From assembly GCA_021785515.1 (NCBI GenBank), contig JAJYEX010000001.1:514196-578195 (forward strand): a DNA stretch of 64,000 bases, given 5' to 3'. Below, in pieces: positions 37,321-48,329 of this stretch (the stretch's first letter is position 1; each line of letters opens with the position of its first letter). Both the position numbers and the translations under genes were made by a program. The notes below the pieces were generated by a model. It saw nothing but the letters and a program-made list of their open reading frames with translations. It ran no database searches and was not told where the DNA came from. The DNA comes from Pseudomonadota bacterium. GTDB lineage: Bacteria > Pseudomonadota > Gammaproteobacteria > Acidiferrobacterales > UBA6901.

Positions 37321-38871
37321 ATGTCGTCGACCCCGAAACCACTTGTTCTGATAATCATGGACGGTTGGGGCTACCGCGAAGACACCGAATATAATGCCAT
37401 TGCCGGCGCCCGGAAACCGAACTGGGATCGCCTGTGGAGCGACTATCCGCACGCCCTGATCCGCGCCTCTGAGGCGGCCGTGGGCCTACCCTCCAATCAG
37501 ATGGGGAACTCCGAGGTAGGGCACCTGAACCTCGGCGCCGGCCGCGTAGTTTACCAGGAATATACGCGCATCAACCGCGCCATCAGCTCCGGGTCGTTTT
37601 TCACCAATAAGACGTTTATCGACGCCGTAGACCTCGCCGTCAGTACCGGCCAGGCTATCCACGTGCTCGGCCTGCTGTCTCCCGGGGGCGTACACAGTCA
37701 CGAAGATCACATCCGCGCGATCATGGAGCTGGCCACGCAGCGCGGTGCCAAAAAGCTGTTTCTGCATGCGTTTCTGGACGGCCGCGACACGCCACCGCAG
37801 AGCGCCCGGGCCTCCATCGACGCCATGGAGCAGAAATTTCGCGAACTCGGCAGCGGCCGGTTCGCAACCATGATCGGGCGCTATTACGCCATGGACCGCG
37901 ACCACCGATGGCCGCGCATTCAGGCGGCCTATGACCTGATGACAATGGGCAAGGCTGAATACCGGGCGCCCTCGGCGGCGGCCGCACTGGAGGCAGCCTA
38001 CGCACGCGGCGAGACGGACGAATTCGTGAAAGCAACGGTGATTGCGCCGCCCGGCACAGAACCGGTACGCATAGTCGATGGCGACGTGATGCTGTTCATG
38101 AATTTTCGGTCAGATCGGGCACGCCAAATTACGCGCCCGTTCATCGAAGAGGGCTTCGATGGGTTTGTCCGCATGGCGCACCCGAGGCTGGGGCGGTTCG
38201 TGAGCCTGACCGAATACCAGTCCGAATTTCACATTCCGGTGGCATTCCCGCCCGAACGTCTGCGCAATGTGCTCGGCGCCTATCTGGCGAGTCTTGGCAA
38301 ACGTCAGCTGCGGATTGCCGAGACCGAGAAATATGCGCACGTGACCTTTTTCTTCAATGGTGGAGTGGAAACCCCGTTTGAAGGGGAAGACCGCATCCTC
38401 GTCCCCTCGGTTACCGACGTGGCAACCTACAACCTGAAACCCGAGATGAGCGCTCCGGTGGTCACGGACAAGGTGGTGGAGGCGGTGCATAGCGGCGTTT
38501 ACGACGTCATCATCTGCAACTTCGCCAACGCGGACATGGTCGGCCATACCGGCGACATTCCAGCCACGATACGCGCCATCGAGGCGCTCGACCGCTCCCT
38601 GGGGCGGATCATACCGTCGGTTCTGGAGGCGGGCGGTGAAGTTCTCATCACCGCCGATCACGGCAATGCCGAACAGATGTTTGATCCGCAAACCGGTCAG
38701 CCGCAGACCGCTCATACCACCAATCCGGTACCGTTGCTGTATGTCGGCCGCACAGCCCGGATCACCAGCGGTGGATCGCTCGAGGATGTGGCCCCGACCA
38801 TGCTTTACCTGATGGGTCTGCGCATACCGGCAGAGATGACTGGGCGATCGCTGGTTGAACTGGAAACCTGA
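37321..38871 (+). CDS. gpmI: 2,3-bisphosphoglycerate-independent phosphoglycerate mutase
   Basis: 516 aa: [33 protein letters not shown]. Confidence 0.95.
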   Translation: MSSTPKPLVLIIMDGWGYREDTEYNAIAGARKPNWDRLWSDYPHALIRASEAAVGLPSNQMGNSEVGHLNLGAGRVVYQEYTRINRAISSGSFFTNKTFIDAVDLAVSTGQAIHVLGLLSPGGVHSHEDHIRAIMELATQRGAKKLFLHAFLDGRDTPPQSARASIDAMEQKFRELGSGRFATMIGRYYAMDRDHRWPRIQAAYDLMTMGKAEYRAPSAAAALEAAYARGETDEFVKATVIAPPGTEPVRIVDGDVMLFMNFRSDRARQITRPFIEEGFDGFVRMAHPRLGRFVSLTEYQSEFHIPVAFPPERLRNVLGAYLASLGKRQLRIAETEKYAHVTFFFNGGVETPFEGEDRILVPSVTDVATYNLKPEMSAPVVTDKVVEAVHSGVYDVIICNFANADMVGHTGDIPATIRAIEALDRSLGRIIPSVLEAGGEVLITADHGNAEQMFDPQTGQPQTAHTTNPVPLLYVGRTARITSGGSLEDVAPTMLYLMGLRIPAEMTGRSLVELET

Positions 38872-40129
38872 CAGTAAGCGTTGCGGTACCGGTGCAGCCG
38901 GCCGCCCGGTTCTTCCGAGAAGCATAGTCCCTGCCCGCACCTCGGCCACGCAACCGACGTGGCGCCGCAAAACACAGCCCCCGGCGGCTCGGTTCGCCGC
39001 CGTGTTGTTCGCCCTTCTTTTTCTGTGCGGAAGCGCAACAGTAGGGGCCGAATCCGTGGCCGACCGGCTCTCCCAGTTGCGCTCCAGGCTCGAGAAACTG
39101 GAACGCAGCCTTGTACACACCCGCGGACAACGTGACTCGCAGCGGCAAGCGTTGCGCGACGCGGAAGTGCGGATCGGGAAAAGCCTGCGCGTGCTGCGGG
39201 AGCTGGCGGGAGCCGACCGCCGGCAGAATGAGCGCCTTATCGCACTGCGCGCCCAGCAGCAAACCGATCGCCGCGAGATCAGGGCCCAGCTCCATGAGCT
39301 CGAGAATGAAGCGCGCGCAGCATACATCCTCGGGCACCAGGCATACCTGAAGCTGCTTCTCAACCAGGAGGATCCGGCCACCGTGAGCCGGGCGCTCGCC
39401 TATTACGGGTACCTCCAGAAGGCGCGGGCCAAGCAGATCACTGCGGCACGCTCTGCCGTGATGCGCCTGACCGCCCTCCGCAGCCACATCCGCAAGCGCC
39501 GGAAGTTGCTGGAGCAGCTGCGGGCAAAAGAACTGGCCAGACGCCGGACATTGCTGCAGACCGAGGCGCGCCGCCGCGTGTTGCTGGCCGAGCTGGACCG
39601 CAAGGTGGTTAGCCAGTCCCAGGAGATCGAACGCCTGCGGGGCAATGAACGACGCCTGAACCGCCTGGTCAAAGGGATCAGGGGTGTCATGGTGGGTTCC
39701 GCAGCCGTGCCGCTGCCACCCGCCAATAGCCGGTTCGCGGAATTTCGCGGTAGACTTCCCATGCCAGTAGCGGGCAGAATTGTGCATCGGTTCGGAGCCC
39801 CTGAAGGCATCGGCAACCTCAGATGGCAAGGAATATTTGTTGCGGCACCAGAGGGAGCCAAGGTGGTTTCGGTATTCAACGGGCGGGTCGCCTATGCCAA
39901 TTGGCTGCGCGGATTCGGCCTGCTCATGATCATCGATCACGGTGACGGCTACATGTCGTTGTATGCCCACAACCAGAGCCTGTACGAACGGGCTGGGGAC
40001 TGGGTTAGGGCGGGGCAAGTCATCGCGACGGTGGGCAATACCGGCGGGACACGTCAGCCCGGCCTATACTTCGAGGTCCTGCATGACGAGCGACCGGTAA
40101 ATCCGCTAAATTGGTGCACAATACGCTAG
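38855..40129 (+). CDS. envC: Murein hydrolase activator EnvC-like (coiled coil plus LytM/M23 domain)
   Basis: Signal peptide-like [18 protein letters not shown], a long coiled coil, and a C-terminal [15 protein letters not shown]...GNTGG. The start is uncertain: it is a TTG at 38855 overlapping the gpmI end. Confidence 0.8.
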   Translation: MNWKPDSKRCGTGAAGRPVLPRSIVPARTSATQPTWRRKTQPPAARFAAVLFALLFLCGSATVGAESVADRLSQLRSRLEKLERSLVHTRGQRDSQRQALRDAEVRIGKSLRVLRELAGADRRQNERLIALRAQQQTDRREIRAQLHELENEARAAYILGHQAYLKLLLNQEDPATVSRALAYYGYLQKARAKQITAARSAVMRLTALRSHIRKRRKLLEQLRAKELARRRTLLQTEARRRVLLAELDRKVVSQSQEIERLRGNERRLNRLVKGIRGVMVGSAAVPLPPANSRFAEFRGRLPMPVAGRIVHRFGAPEGIGNLRWQGIFVAAPEGAKVVSVFNGRVAYANWLRGFGLLMIIDHGDGYMSLYAHNQSLYERAGDWVRAGQVIATVGNTGGTRQPGLYFEVLHDERPVNPLNWCTIR

Positions 40130-40227
40130 CCTAGGAAACCTTCTTTTAAAGGAACGCACCATCAACCGCGGCGGCAGTCTGCATAGACAGACGGCTGCGT
40201 GATGAGCGCAATCCGGAGAAATCTATA

Positions 40228-41631
40228 ATGAATCTACTGTATCGGCCCCGTCGTGAGGGGCGTACCCGCCCGCGGAGCAGCCAATTCCTGCGCTGCGCCC
40301 TGATCCTGCTGCTGGGCGTCTTCATCGGGGCGGGCATCACCCTGGAACGCTCGGCACAGGCGGAGCGCAAAACCTCCGGAGCTCCGGTCCATGCACCGCA
40401 GCAAGCAGCCCCGGCAAGCCAGCCCCTGCCGATCGGTGAGCTGCGCACCTTTACCGACGTGTTCGCCCGCATCAAGGCGGATTACGTAGAACCGGAAAGC
40501 GACCGGAAACTCATCGACAACGCGATCCAGGGCATGGTGTCCTCGCTGGATCCCCATTCCGCCTTCCTTGACCGGCGGGCGTTCCGCGAGATGCGCATCA
40601 GCACCGAAGGCGACTTTGGCGGCCTCGGACTGCAGGTGACGATGATCGACGGGGTGGTGAAAGTCATCTCTCCGATCGACGGGACGCCGGCGGCCGAGGC
40701 CGGACTGAAGCCTGGAGATCTGATCATCAGGATCGACCAGAAGGCCGTGCAGGGCATGTCCCTAGAACAGGCGGTCAACATGATGCGCGGCAAACCGGGC
40801 AGCGAGATTACGCTGACAGTGTTCCGTCGCGGCATCAACAAGCCGCTGGAATTCAAGCTCAAGCGCGCAGTGATTAAGATCGAAAGCGTCAAGTCGCGCC
40901 TGCTGGGGCCGGGTTACGGCTACGTCCGCATTTCCCAGTTCCAGGCCAATACCGAGGACAGCCTGATGCGCGCGCTCAAAACCCTGAAGCGCGACAACAA
41001 GGGCCCCCTGAGGGGCCTGGTGCTGGATCTGCGCAACAACCCCGGCGGGGTGCTGAACGCCGCCGTGGCGGTCAGCAACACCTTTCTCAACAAGGGGCTG
41101 ATCGTCTATACCAAGGGACGCACGCCGGATTCCAACATGACCTTTGCCGCCTCCCCGGGAGGCGACTTCCTGCACGGGGCCCCCATGGTAGTGCTGGTCA
41201 ACGGCGGCTCCGCATCAGCATCGGAAATCGTCGCGGGGGCGCTCCAGGACAACAGGCGCGCCATCATCATGGGCACCAAGACCTTCGGCAAGGGGTCGGT
41301 TCAGACAATCATTCCACTGAGCGATGGGTCGGCCCTGCGGCTTACGACTGCCCGCTACTACACACCCAATGGCGACTCGATCCAGGATCGCGGCATTACT
41401 CCAAACGTGATCGTCGACCAGATGAAAATACCGAAGACCGAGAAAGCCAACGACGGCCTGTTGAAGGAAGCAGATCTTGAAGGGCATTTGAAGAACACCG
41501 GACCGGCTACAGCGAACGCGCCGGCAACCAGCACGGTGCCGCCCGATACGGTCGGGTCGGACTACCAGCTTTGGGAGGCGCTCAATCTGCTCAAGGGAAT
41601 CTCGGTCTACCGGCAAGAAGCGACACGGTAG
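40228..41631 (+). CDS. Carboxy-terminal processing protease (S41 family)
   Basis: 467 aa with a PDZ domain followed by GGSASASEIVAGALQD and TFGKGSVQT. Confidence 0.9.
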   Translation: MNLLYRPRREGRTRPRSSQFLRCALILLLGVFIGAGITLERSAQAERKTSGAPVHAPQQAAPASQPLPIGELRTFTDVFARIKADYVEPESDRKLIDNAIQGMVSSLDPHSAFLDRRAFREMRISTEGDFGGLGLQVTMIDGVVKVISPIDGTPAAEAGLKPGDLIIRIDQKAVQGMSLEQAVNMMRGKPGSEITLTVFRRGINKPLEFKLKRAVIKIESVKSRLLGPGYGYVRISQFQANTEDSLMRALKTLKRDNKGPLRGLVLDLRNNPGGVLNAAVAVSNTFLNKGLIVYTKGRTPDSNMTFAASPGGDFLHGAPMVVLVNGGSASASEIVAGALQDNRRAIIMGTKTFGKGSVQTIIPLSDGSALRLTTARYYTPNGDSIQDRGITPNVIVDQMKIPKTEKANDGLLKEADLEGHLKNTGPATANAPATSTVPPDTVGSDYQLWEALNLLKGISVYRQEATR

Positions 41632-41688
41632 GTGCGGCGCGGAACACGCGCAGCGACGAACACAATCGAGGAACTTCGGGGCAGGCAA

Positions 41689-42627
41689 ATGCTGACGCCT
41701 GCCCCGTCCCGGTCCGATAAGCTGGCGGTTCGGCGGCGGGCGCCGTACGCAGCCTCGCAATTCCTTTTCCTCGCGCTGCTGGTCACGGGCCGGGCGACCG
41801 GCGCCACCCCACATTTCCCTCCCACCTATGTCAGCATCGTCATCGACGACCTAGGCAACAGCGGGCCCGCCGGGGTTAAAGCCGTGCGGCTCCCGGGTCC
41901 GGTCGCATGTGCCATTCTGCCGTACACGCCGTACGCCGCCGAACTGGCCGGCATGGCGCGCCGTCGCGGCAAGGAGGTGCTGCTGCACCTGCCGATGGAA
42001 CCGATATCGGGCCTCGATCCTGGCCCGGGCGCCCTCGATACCGCCATGTCGCAGAATATCCTGGAACTCACACTCGCAGGCGATCTGGCAAGCGTCCCCT
42101 ACGCGTCGGGCGTGAACAACCACATGGGCAGTCTGCTGACCTCGCGGGCGATACCCATGGACTGGCTCATGGACGCCCTGCACCGGCGCGGCGGGTTGTT
42201 CTTCCTCGATTCCCGGACCACCGCCCAGACGGTGGCTGCCCACACGGCCGGTATCTACCATGTACCGCACCTGTCCCGCGACGTATTTCTGGATGACGTC
42301 GCGACGACCGGGGCCATAGAACAGCAGTTCGCCCTGCTAATCCGCATCGCCCGCAAACGCGGGTACGCGGTCGCTATCGGCCACCCGCGTCCCGCAACAC
42401 TGAAAGTCTTACAGGCGCTGCTGCCGCAACTCGCTTTCTACAGGGTCCGTCTGGTACCGCTATCGATGCTGCTGGCGCTAAGGCGGCCGGCCACAGCGTA
42501 CTGGCCACTGCCCCTGATCCGCCCGCCACAGGCCGTACGCATACCGCCGACGCCCCTGCCGAAACAGGATACCCCGTCAAGCGGCTGGCCCGGCATCGAG
42601 ACGGCGCCCGGCCACGGCAACCCTTGA
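41689..42627 (+). CDS. Divergent polysaccharide deacetylase family protein (YibQ-like)
   Basis: VSIVIDDLG and LLHLPMEP motifs. The ATG at 41689 is preferred over the GTG at 41632. Confidence 0.75.
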   Translation: MLTPAPSRSDKLAVRRRAPYAASQFLFLALLVTGRATGATPHFPPTYVSIVIDDLGNSGPAGVKAVRLPGPVACAILPYTPYAAELAGMARRRGKEVLLHLPMEPISGLDPGPGALDTAMSQNILELTLAGDLASVPYASGVNNHMGSLLTSRAIPMDWLMDALHRRGGLFFLDSRTTAQTVAAHTAGIYHVPHLSRDVFLDDVATTGAIEQQFALLIRIARKRGYAVAIGHPRPATLKVLQALLPQLAFYRVRLVPLSMLLALRRPATAYWPLPLIRPPQAVRIPPTPLPKQDTPSSGWPGIETAPGHGNP

Positions 42628-42658
42628 TTGGCCGCAGGATCGGGGACGGACCGGACCC

Positions 42659-44311
42659 TTATCGGACGATAGGGCGCCGCAACAGCGACGCCACCAGAAG
42701 CAGGCCTGCCCCCCCAAGACCCAGTAACCAGCCGACCATGGACAGTGCCCCTATCGGCTGCCCCTTCCCGAGGAAGTAAGTCATCACTGCGGCCAGAACC
42801 AGCCCTCCGCCCGACAGGGCCACAGCCAGACGTCGTTGGCTGTGAGCAACCTCCTGGCGCAGCCGCTCGATTTCGTTCCCATCCTGCCCGCTGGCGCTGG
42901 TGCTGCGCTGCAGGGCGTCGTAGACCATGACTGGCAGTTCCGGCAACACTCTAGACCACTTCGGGAGCTCTCGTGCGAGGTTGCGCAGGAACGCGCGTGG
43001 CCCGACCTGATCACGCATCCAGCGTTCGAGAAACGGCTTGGCCGTCTCCCACAGATCCAGTTCCGGATAGAGTCGCCGGCCGAGACCTTCGATGTTGAAG
43101 AGCGTCTTTTGCAGCAGCACAAGCTGGGGCTGCACTTCCATGTTGAAGCGACGCGCGGTCTGGAACAGCCGCAGCAACAACCGGCCAAAGGAAATATCCT
43201 TGAGCGGCCGCGCAAATATGGGTTCGCACACCGCGCGGATCGCCGCTTCGAACTCATCCATACGGATATCATGCGCCACCCACCCGGCGCGCACATGCGA
43301 TTCCGCGATAGCACGGTAATCCCGCCGGAAGAAACCGAGGAAATTCTCGGCCAAGTACTGCTTGTCGCGCGCCGTCAGTGTCCCCATGATGCCGAAATCC
43401 ATCGCGATGTACTGGCCGGCCTCGGATACGAAGATATTACCGGGATGCATATCGGCATGGAAAAAACCGTCCCGGAAGGCCTGGGTAAAGAAAATCTCCA
43501 CGCCGTTGTGCGCCAGACGGCGCAGGTCGACACCCGCATCCTTCAGTGCTGCGATGTTGCTGATCGGAATCCCGCTGAGGCGCTCCATCACCATTACTTC
43601 GCTGCGGGTCAGGTCCCAGTAGATCCGGGGTACGTACAGCAGTGCCGATGCTGCAAAGTTGGCGCGCAGCTGACTGCCATTGGCGGCCTCGCGCATCAGG
43701 TCAAGTTCGGCATGGATCGTGTTGCTGTATTCATCGACCACTTCGATGGGGCGCAGGCGCCGTGCATCCGGCAAGTAGCGCTGGGCCAGACCGGCCAGGG
43801 TATACAGCAGCGCCAGATCGCGTTCGATGACAGGGCGGATACCCGGCCGCAGGATCTTGACCGCCACCGGCGTGCCGTCCAGCAGCTCCGCGAAATGCAC
43901 CTGCGCTACCGACGCGGATGCCGTGGGCTGCGGGTTGAATGCCTTCAGAAACCGGTCAAGCTTCCCGCCATAGGCCCGCTCGGCCACCGCGATTGCCTGG
44001 TCCCCGGGAAAGGGTGGAACCTGATCCTGCAACCGGCTGAGCTCCTCGGCAATGTCCTCCGGCAGTAGGTCCGGGCGGGTCGACAGCAGTTGTCCGAATT
44101 TGACGAATACCGGACCCAGCTCTTCCAGCGCCTCCCGCAGACGCCTGGCACGCGGCACCGAGCTGGAACGGAACCAGCGCCAGGGCATCGAGCGCAGCAA
44201 CAGGCGATAGGGACCGAACAGGTGCAGGGCACTGATGAACTCATCGAGATCGTGACGCACGAATACCTGCGTGATCCGCAGGAGCCGCCCTATTTGCGCT
44301 GTGCGCCTCAT
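42659..44311 (-). CDS. ubiB: Ubiquinone biosynthesis regulatory kinase-like protein UbiB
   Basis: 550-aa ABC1/ADCK family protein (FVKFGQLLSTRPDLLP, HADMHPGNIF) with C-terminal TM helices. Confidence 0.9.
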   Translation of the reverse strand: MRRTAQIGRLLRITQVFVRHDLDEFISALHLFGPYRLLLRSMPWRWFRSSSVPRARRLREALEELGPVFVKFGQLLSTRPDLLPEDIAEELSRLQDQVPPFPGDQAIAVAERAYGGKLDRFLKAFNPQPTASASVAQVHFAELLDGTPVAVKILRPGIRPVIERDLALLYTLAGLAQRYLPDARRLRPIEVVDEYSNTIHAELDLMREAANGSQLRANFAASALLYVPRIYWDLTRSEVMVMERLSGIPISNIAALKDAGVDLRRLAHNGVEIFFTQAFRDGFFHADMHPGNIFVSEAGQYIAMDFGIMGTLTARDKQYLAENFLGFFRRDYRAIAESHVRAGWVAHDIRMDEFEAAIRAVCEPIFARPLKDISFGRLLLRLFQTARRFNMEVQPQLVLLQKTLFNIEGLGRRLYPELDLWETAKPFLERWMRDQVGPRAFLRNLARELPKWSRVLPELPVMVYDALQRSTSASGQDGNEIERLRQEVAHSQRRLAVALSGGGLVLAAVMTYFLGKGQPIGALSMVGWLLGLGGAGLLLVASLLRRPIVR

Positions 44312-44940
44312 CCGCGGGAAGAACCAGCCAGCGGCGCGAGGCGGGCGAGACGTTGTTCCAGACGGTCGACATCCAGGCGCAACACGTCAACGGCATCGAG
44401 GAAGGTGTCGACCTCATGACGCGGCGGCAGATCGCCACGCTCGCACTGCAAGTACTCCGCGAGATCGCGCAGGATTACCGCGCCTGACGCGCGGACGCCT
44501 GAACCGGCTGCCCGCAACAGGTTGCCCAGCCGGTGGGCCAGAGGATCCCCGAACAGCCGGGCCGCCGCCTCCTCCCAGTCCGGCCGCAACCGCCACAGCG
44601 CTGCTTGAAAACGCTGGCCGAGCTCGACGTCGCCGCTGATCGTGATCTCGCCCGCAGAAAAAGCCCGGCTCTGCCGCCCCCCGGCCAGATCCAGCAGACC
44701 GGCAAGACTGGCGCTGAGCGTGGTATCAGGCAGACCCGCATATTCGGTGCGAACGTCCACTCCGGCCTCGGATGGAAACAGATAGAACGATTTCCGCCAG
44801 GCGCGCAGATCCAGGCGGATGACATGCCCGGAGAATTCGCCAAGTTCACTCAGACCGTCCGGGTCGAGACGCAGGATCCGGTTCACCGCATCCCCGAAGA
44901 TCCCAACCAGTGCCTGCAGCGCGTCAGCCATCGGCGGCAA
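44308..44940 (-). CDS. ubiJ: Ubiquinone biosynthesis accessory factor UbiJ (SCP2 domain)
   Basis: 210-aa ORF located between ubiE and ubiB, with a 4-nt overlap with ubiB. Confidence 0.7.
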   Translation of the reverse strand: MPPMADALQALVGIFGDAVNRILRLDPDGLSELGEFSGHVIRLDLRAWRKSFYLFPSEAGVDVRTEYAGLPDTTLSASLAGLLDLAGGRQSRAFSAGEITISGDVELGQRFQAALWRLRPDWEEAAARLFGDPLAHRLGNLLRAAGSGVRASGAVILRDLAEYLQCERGDLPPRHEVDTFLDAVDVLRLDVDRLEQRLARLAPLAGSSRG

Positions 44941-44955
44941 CTCGGGCAGGGCGAT

Positions 44956-45741
44956 TCAGAGCTTGTAGCCCCGGTGCAAGGCAACGATCCCGCCGCTCAG
45001 ATTGAAATAGTGCGTCCTCTCAAAACCGGCCGCCTCCATCATGGACTTGAGCGTTTCCTGGTCCGGGTGCTTGCGTATCGACTCGACCAGATAGCGATAG
45101 CTATCCTCGTCGTTGGCGATGATCCGCCCCATCAGCGGCAGCAGGGAGAAGGAGTAGAGGTCATACAGCCGGCCCAGACCGGGCAGGACCGGCCTGGAAA
45201 ACTCCAGCACCAGCAGCCGGCCGCCCGGCTTCAGCACGCGGAACATGGAGGCGAGCGCCGCCTCTTTGCGTGTGACATTGCGCAGGCCAAAGGCAATGCT
45301 GACGCAGTCGAAATAGTCATCCTCAAACGGCAGGCGCTCGGCGTCGGCCTGAACGAACTCCACGTTGCCGGCAACGCCGCGATCGGCAAGGCGCCGACGC
45401 CCGACATCCAGCATGGCAGCGTTTATGTCAGCGATAACCACGGTTCCCGCCGGCCCCACACGCCCCGCGAATTTGGCCGTCAGGTCGCCGGTGCCACCCG
45501 CAACGTCCAGCACGCGCTGGCCGCGTCGCACGCCGCTTTGGCTCACGGCAAACTGCTTCCACACCCGGTGGATACCGAACGACATTGCGTCGTTCATCAG
45601 GTCGTATCTGTCGGCGACCGAGTCGAATACCCGCGCCACAAGGCCGGCCTTGTCCCGCGCCGAAACCTCGCGAAAACCGAAATGGGTCAGGTTCTCATCC
45701 GGCGCCCGGTCCGGTGGCGGCTTCAACGAACTAGGCTCCAT
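44956..45741 (-). CDS. ubiE: Ubiquinone/menaquinone C-methyltransferase UbiE
   Basis: Start at the ATG at 45741 (MEPSSLK...THFGFREV...[14 protein letters not shown]) with the SAM motif [10 protein letters not shown]. The track ORF to 45894 is a spurious extension. Confidence 0.9.
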   Translation of the reverse strand: MEPSSLKPPPDRAPDENLTHFGFREVSARDKAGLVARVFDSVADRYDLMNDAMSFGIHRVWKQFAVSQSGVRRGQRVLDVAGGTGDLTAKFAGRVGPAGTVVIADINAAMLDVGRRRLADRGVAGNVEFVQADAERLPFEDDYFDCVSIAFGLRNVTRKEAALASMFRVLKPGGRLLVLEFSRPVLPGLGRLYDLYSFSLLPLMGRIIANDEDSYRYLVESIRKHPDQETLKSMMEAAGFERTHYFNLSGGIVALHRGYKL

Positions 45742-46114
45742 CGCCGGACTGTGGATTGCGCCTGTGTCCCGCCTTCTCCAGGCGATCCAGGTACTGCTGC
45801 CACAGCTGCTGGTGGTTGAGTCCGAGGCTGTGCAGCAAATCCCAGGAGTAGATCCCGGTGTTGTGTCCGTCGTCGAAATGGAGACACACAGCATACGTCC
45901 CCACGGGCTCGATATTGGTGATATTCACGTTTTCCTTGCCAAGCTGCAGCACCTCCTGTCCCGGACCGTGGCCGCGAACCTCGGCAGACGGAGAGTACAC
46001 GCGCAGATACTCGCAGGGATACCGGAAATGACTGCCGTCATCGAAACTGATCTCAAGGGCACGCGACTTCTGGTGCAGCTTGATGTCCGTCGGTCTTACC
46101 GCATTTTTACGCAT
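45731..46114 (-). CDS. DUF971 (gamma-butyrobetaine hydroxylase-like N-terminal) domain protein
   Basis: [27 protein letters not shown]...IYSWDLL, upstream of ubiE. Start set at the ATG at 46114. Confidence 0.7.
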   Translation of the reverse strand: MRKNAVRPTDIKLHQKSRALEISFDDGSHFRYPCEYLRVYSPSAEVRGHGPGQEVLQLGKENVNITNIEPVGTYAVCLHFDDGHNTGIYSWDLLHSLGLNHQQLWQQYLDRLEKAGHRRNPQSGDGA

Positions 46115-46246
46115 GGTCAACCTGTGTCCCCTGGTACGTGCCCGCAAGAGCCGGCACGGCGAATCAGCCCCGATCGGCCCGCCCCTCCCGCCGGGGTACG
46201 GCCAATTATACCGGTTTTGCCGGGGGATACGCGCCTAGTAACCGAA

Positions 46247-46264
46247 CTGTCATAATTATGGTAT
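46247..46264 (+). promoter_or_regulatory. Pho box upstream of phoB
   Basis: CTGTCAT-AATT-ATGGTAT, compared with the E. coli consensus CTGTCATA(A/T)A(T/A)CTGTCA(C/T). It lies 58 nt upstream of the phoB ATG. Confidence 0.5.
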
Positions 46265-46321
46265 GAAATATGCGCCAAAAAAACGAGTAAAACTGAACCT
46301 TTAAGGACCGACAACCGACCA

Positions 46322-47011
46322 ATGCCGGCAAAAATTTTGATCGTCGAAGACGAGCAGGCCATCCGTGATATGGTCTGCGTAGCGTTGCGCCATGCGGGAT
46401 ATGAGTGCCTGGAAGCGGCAGACGCCACCCAGGCCCAGGCGCGGATCCTGGCCAGCGTACCGGATATCGTACTGCTCGACTGGATGCTGCCGGGCATGAA
46501 CGGGGTGGACTACGCCCGCCGCCTGCGCCAGGACCGGCTTACCCGCCACCTTCCGATCATCATGCTGACGGCGCGCACCCAGGAAGAAGACAAGCTCAAG
46601 GGTCTGGAAACCGGCGCGGATGATTATGTCACCAAACCGTTTTCGACCAAGGAGCTGCTGGCCCGCATCCGTGCGCTATTGCGCCGCAGCGCACCACAGA
46701 CCGCCGACATCGCCGTAGCCATCGGCGGACTGCATCTCGATCCGGTCACGCACCGGGTACAGGCCAATGGAACCAAGCTTGCGCTCGGTCCGATGGAATT
46801 CAGGTTGCTACACTTCTTCATGACCCACCCGGAACGCGTGCACAGCCGGGAACGGATCCTAGACAGCGTGTGGGGCGGCAATGTCTATGTCGAAGAACGC
46901 ACCGTGGATGTACACATCCGGCGGTTGCGCAAGGTGCTTGAGGCTTCCGGCCATGACGCTCTCATCCAAACGGTACGCGGTGCTGGCTATCGCATGTCAG
47001 CGCAGGACTAG
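46322..47011 (+). CDS. phoB: Phosphate regulon response regulator PhoB
   Basis: 229-aa OmpR-family protein: ILIVEDE...DWMLPG...YRMS. Confidence 0.9.
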   Translation: MPAKILIVEDEQAIRDMVCVALRHAGYECLEAADATQAQARILASVPDIVLLDWMLPGMNGVDYARRLRQDRLTRHLPIIMLTARTQEEDKLKGLETGADDYVTKPFSTKELLARIRALLRRSAPQTADIAVAIGGLHLDPVTHRVQANGTKLALGPMEFRLLHFFMTHPERVHSRERILDSVWGGNVYVEERTVDVHIRRLRKVLEASGHDALIQTVRGAGYRMSAQD

Positions 47012-47015
47012 CTGA

Positions 47016-48329
47016 GTGCGCGAGAGCTGGGTACGCGAGTTCTCGGTGCTCGTCGGTATCCTGGCGGGCTTTTCCGCAATCGGCCTGATGTTCGGTCACT
47101 TTCTTGTTGCCATCCTATTAGGCCTTGTCATCTATCTGGCGCTTACCCTGCGGCAGCTGTTTCAGCTGCACCGCTGGCTGCAGGGGGGGCGCCGCGAAGA
47201 CATACCGGAGGCAGCAGGCCTGTGGGGGGACGTCTTCGACAGCATCCGGGTACTGATGAAGGAGACGGAACGCCGCGAGGACCAGCTCACGCAGATGCTG
47301 ACGCGCTTCCAGAACACCAGCGCTGCAACCCCGGACGCGATGGTCGTGCTGGCGCACAATGATGCCATCGAGTGGGCCAACCCGGCGGCGGAACGGCTTC
47401 TGGGAATCTCGTTCTCGCGCGACCACGGTCTGCGGGTAACGAATCTGCTGCGCGATCCGGATTTTGCCAACTACCTGAAGAGGGGCGATTTTACCGATGC
47501 GCTAACCGCCCCCTCCCCCGAACATCCCGAAAAGACCCTGACACTGCAGATCATTCCTTTCGGAAGCAGCCAGAAGCTGTTGATCGGGCGCGACATTACG
47601 CGCCTTGAGCGCCTCGAGGTCATGCGCCGCGACTTTGTGGCCAACATCTCCCACGAGCTGCGCACACCCCTCACGGTGATCTCGGGATTCCTGGAGACCC
47701 TTCAGGACATGGAGGCGCCAGCGACCAATGAGCTTCACAAACACCTGGGCACCATGCATGAACAGGCAGTGCGGATGCAGCGTCTGGTAAACGATCTGCT
47801 GACGCTATCCAAGCTCGAGACCGAGCCGCCGCCGGTACACCTGGTCCCGGTTGACGTGCCGGCCATGCTGTCCGGACTGAAGGAAATGGCGGAAATACTG
47901 AGCGGTGATCAGCATCACCGCATCACCCTGGACACCGATCCGGACCTCAAACTGCTGGGTAACGAAGACGAGCTGCGCAGCGCGTTCTCGAACCTGATCA
48001 ACAATGCCGTCCGCTACACACCGGCGAACCAGCCCATCGAGCTGAAGTGGGCCGCCACGACCCAGGGCGCGCGATTCTCGGTCACCGACGCGGGCGAAGG
48101 AATCGCCCCACAGCATATTGTGCACCTGACGGAGCGCTTCTACCGGGTGGACAGCGCCCGCTCGCGCGCCACCGGGGGCACCGGCCTGGGGCTATCGATC
48201 GTCAAGCACGTTCTTCTGCGCCACGACGCGAAGCTGCTGATCGAAAGCACGCCCGGCCACGGCAGCACCTTCAGCTGCCAGTTTCCACCGGCACGCGCGC
48301 AGCGCACTGCCCACAACCGGACGGTGTAA
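47016..48329 (+). CDS. phoR: Phosphate regulon sensor histidine kinase PhoR
   Basis: 437 aa with two N-terminal TM helices, a PAS domain, the H-box FVANISHELRTPLT, and N/G boxes. Confidence 0.9.
   Translation: MRESWVREFSVLVGILAGFSAIGLMFGHFLVAILLGLVIYLALTLRQLFQLHRWLQGGRREDIPEAAGLWGDVFDSIRVLMKETERREDQLTQMLTRFQNTSAATPDAMVVLAHNDAIEWANPAAERLLGISFSRDHGLRVTNLLRDPDFANYLKRGDFTDALTAPSPEHPEKTLTLQIIPFGSSQKLLIGRDITRLERLEVMRRDFVANISHELRTPLTVISGFLETLQDMEAPATNELHKHLGTMHEQAVRMQRLVNDLLTLSKLETEPPPVHLVPVDVPAMLSGLKEMAEILSGDQHHRITLDTDPDLKLLGNEDELRSAFSNLINNAVRYTPANQPIELKWAATTQGARFSVTDAGEGIAPQHIVHLTERFYRVDSARSRATGGTGLGLSIVKHVLLRHDAKLLIESTPGHGSTFSCQFPPARAQRTAHNRTV

Noticed and set aside
38110-40018. Two overlapping minus-strand ORFs of 423 and 418 aa.
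   Set aside because: They are antisense to gpmI and envC, show low-complexity Arg/Ala/Ser composition, and have no start context. The plus strand carries clear GpmI and LytM-domain homology.
42836-45819. Plus-strand ORFs of 410 and 428 aa across the ubiB-ubiJ-ubiE region. There are similar cases at 34844..36091, 24913..25899, 3048..3968 and 1580..2509.
   Set aside because: All are mirror frames of well-supported genes on the opposite strand, and none has recognisable domains or ribosome-binding sites.
44956-45894. N-terminal extensions in the ORF track. Examples are ubiE to 45894, secB to 35926, the rhodanese to 36775, sixA-like to 61548, pstS from 51013, phoU from 54801, and the minor pilins to 28667, 29083 and 30139.
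   Set aside because: The extensions overlap upstream genes or regulatory sites and lack family-typical sequence. Internal ATGs with SD sequences give canonical N-termini.
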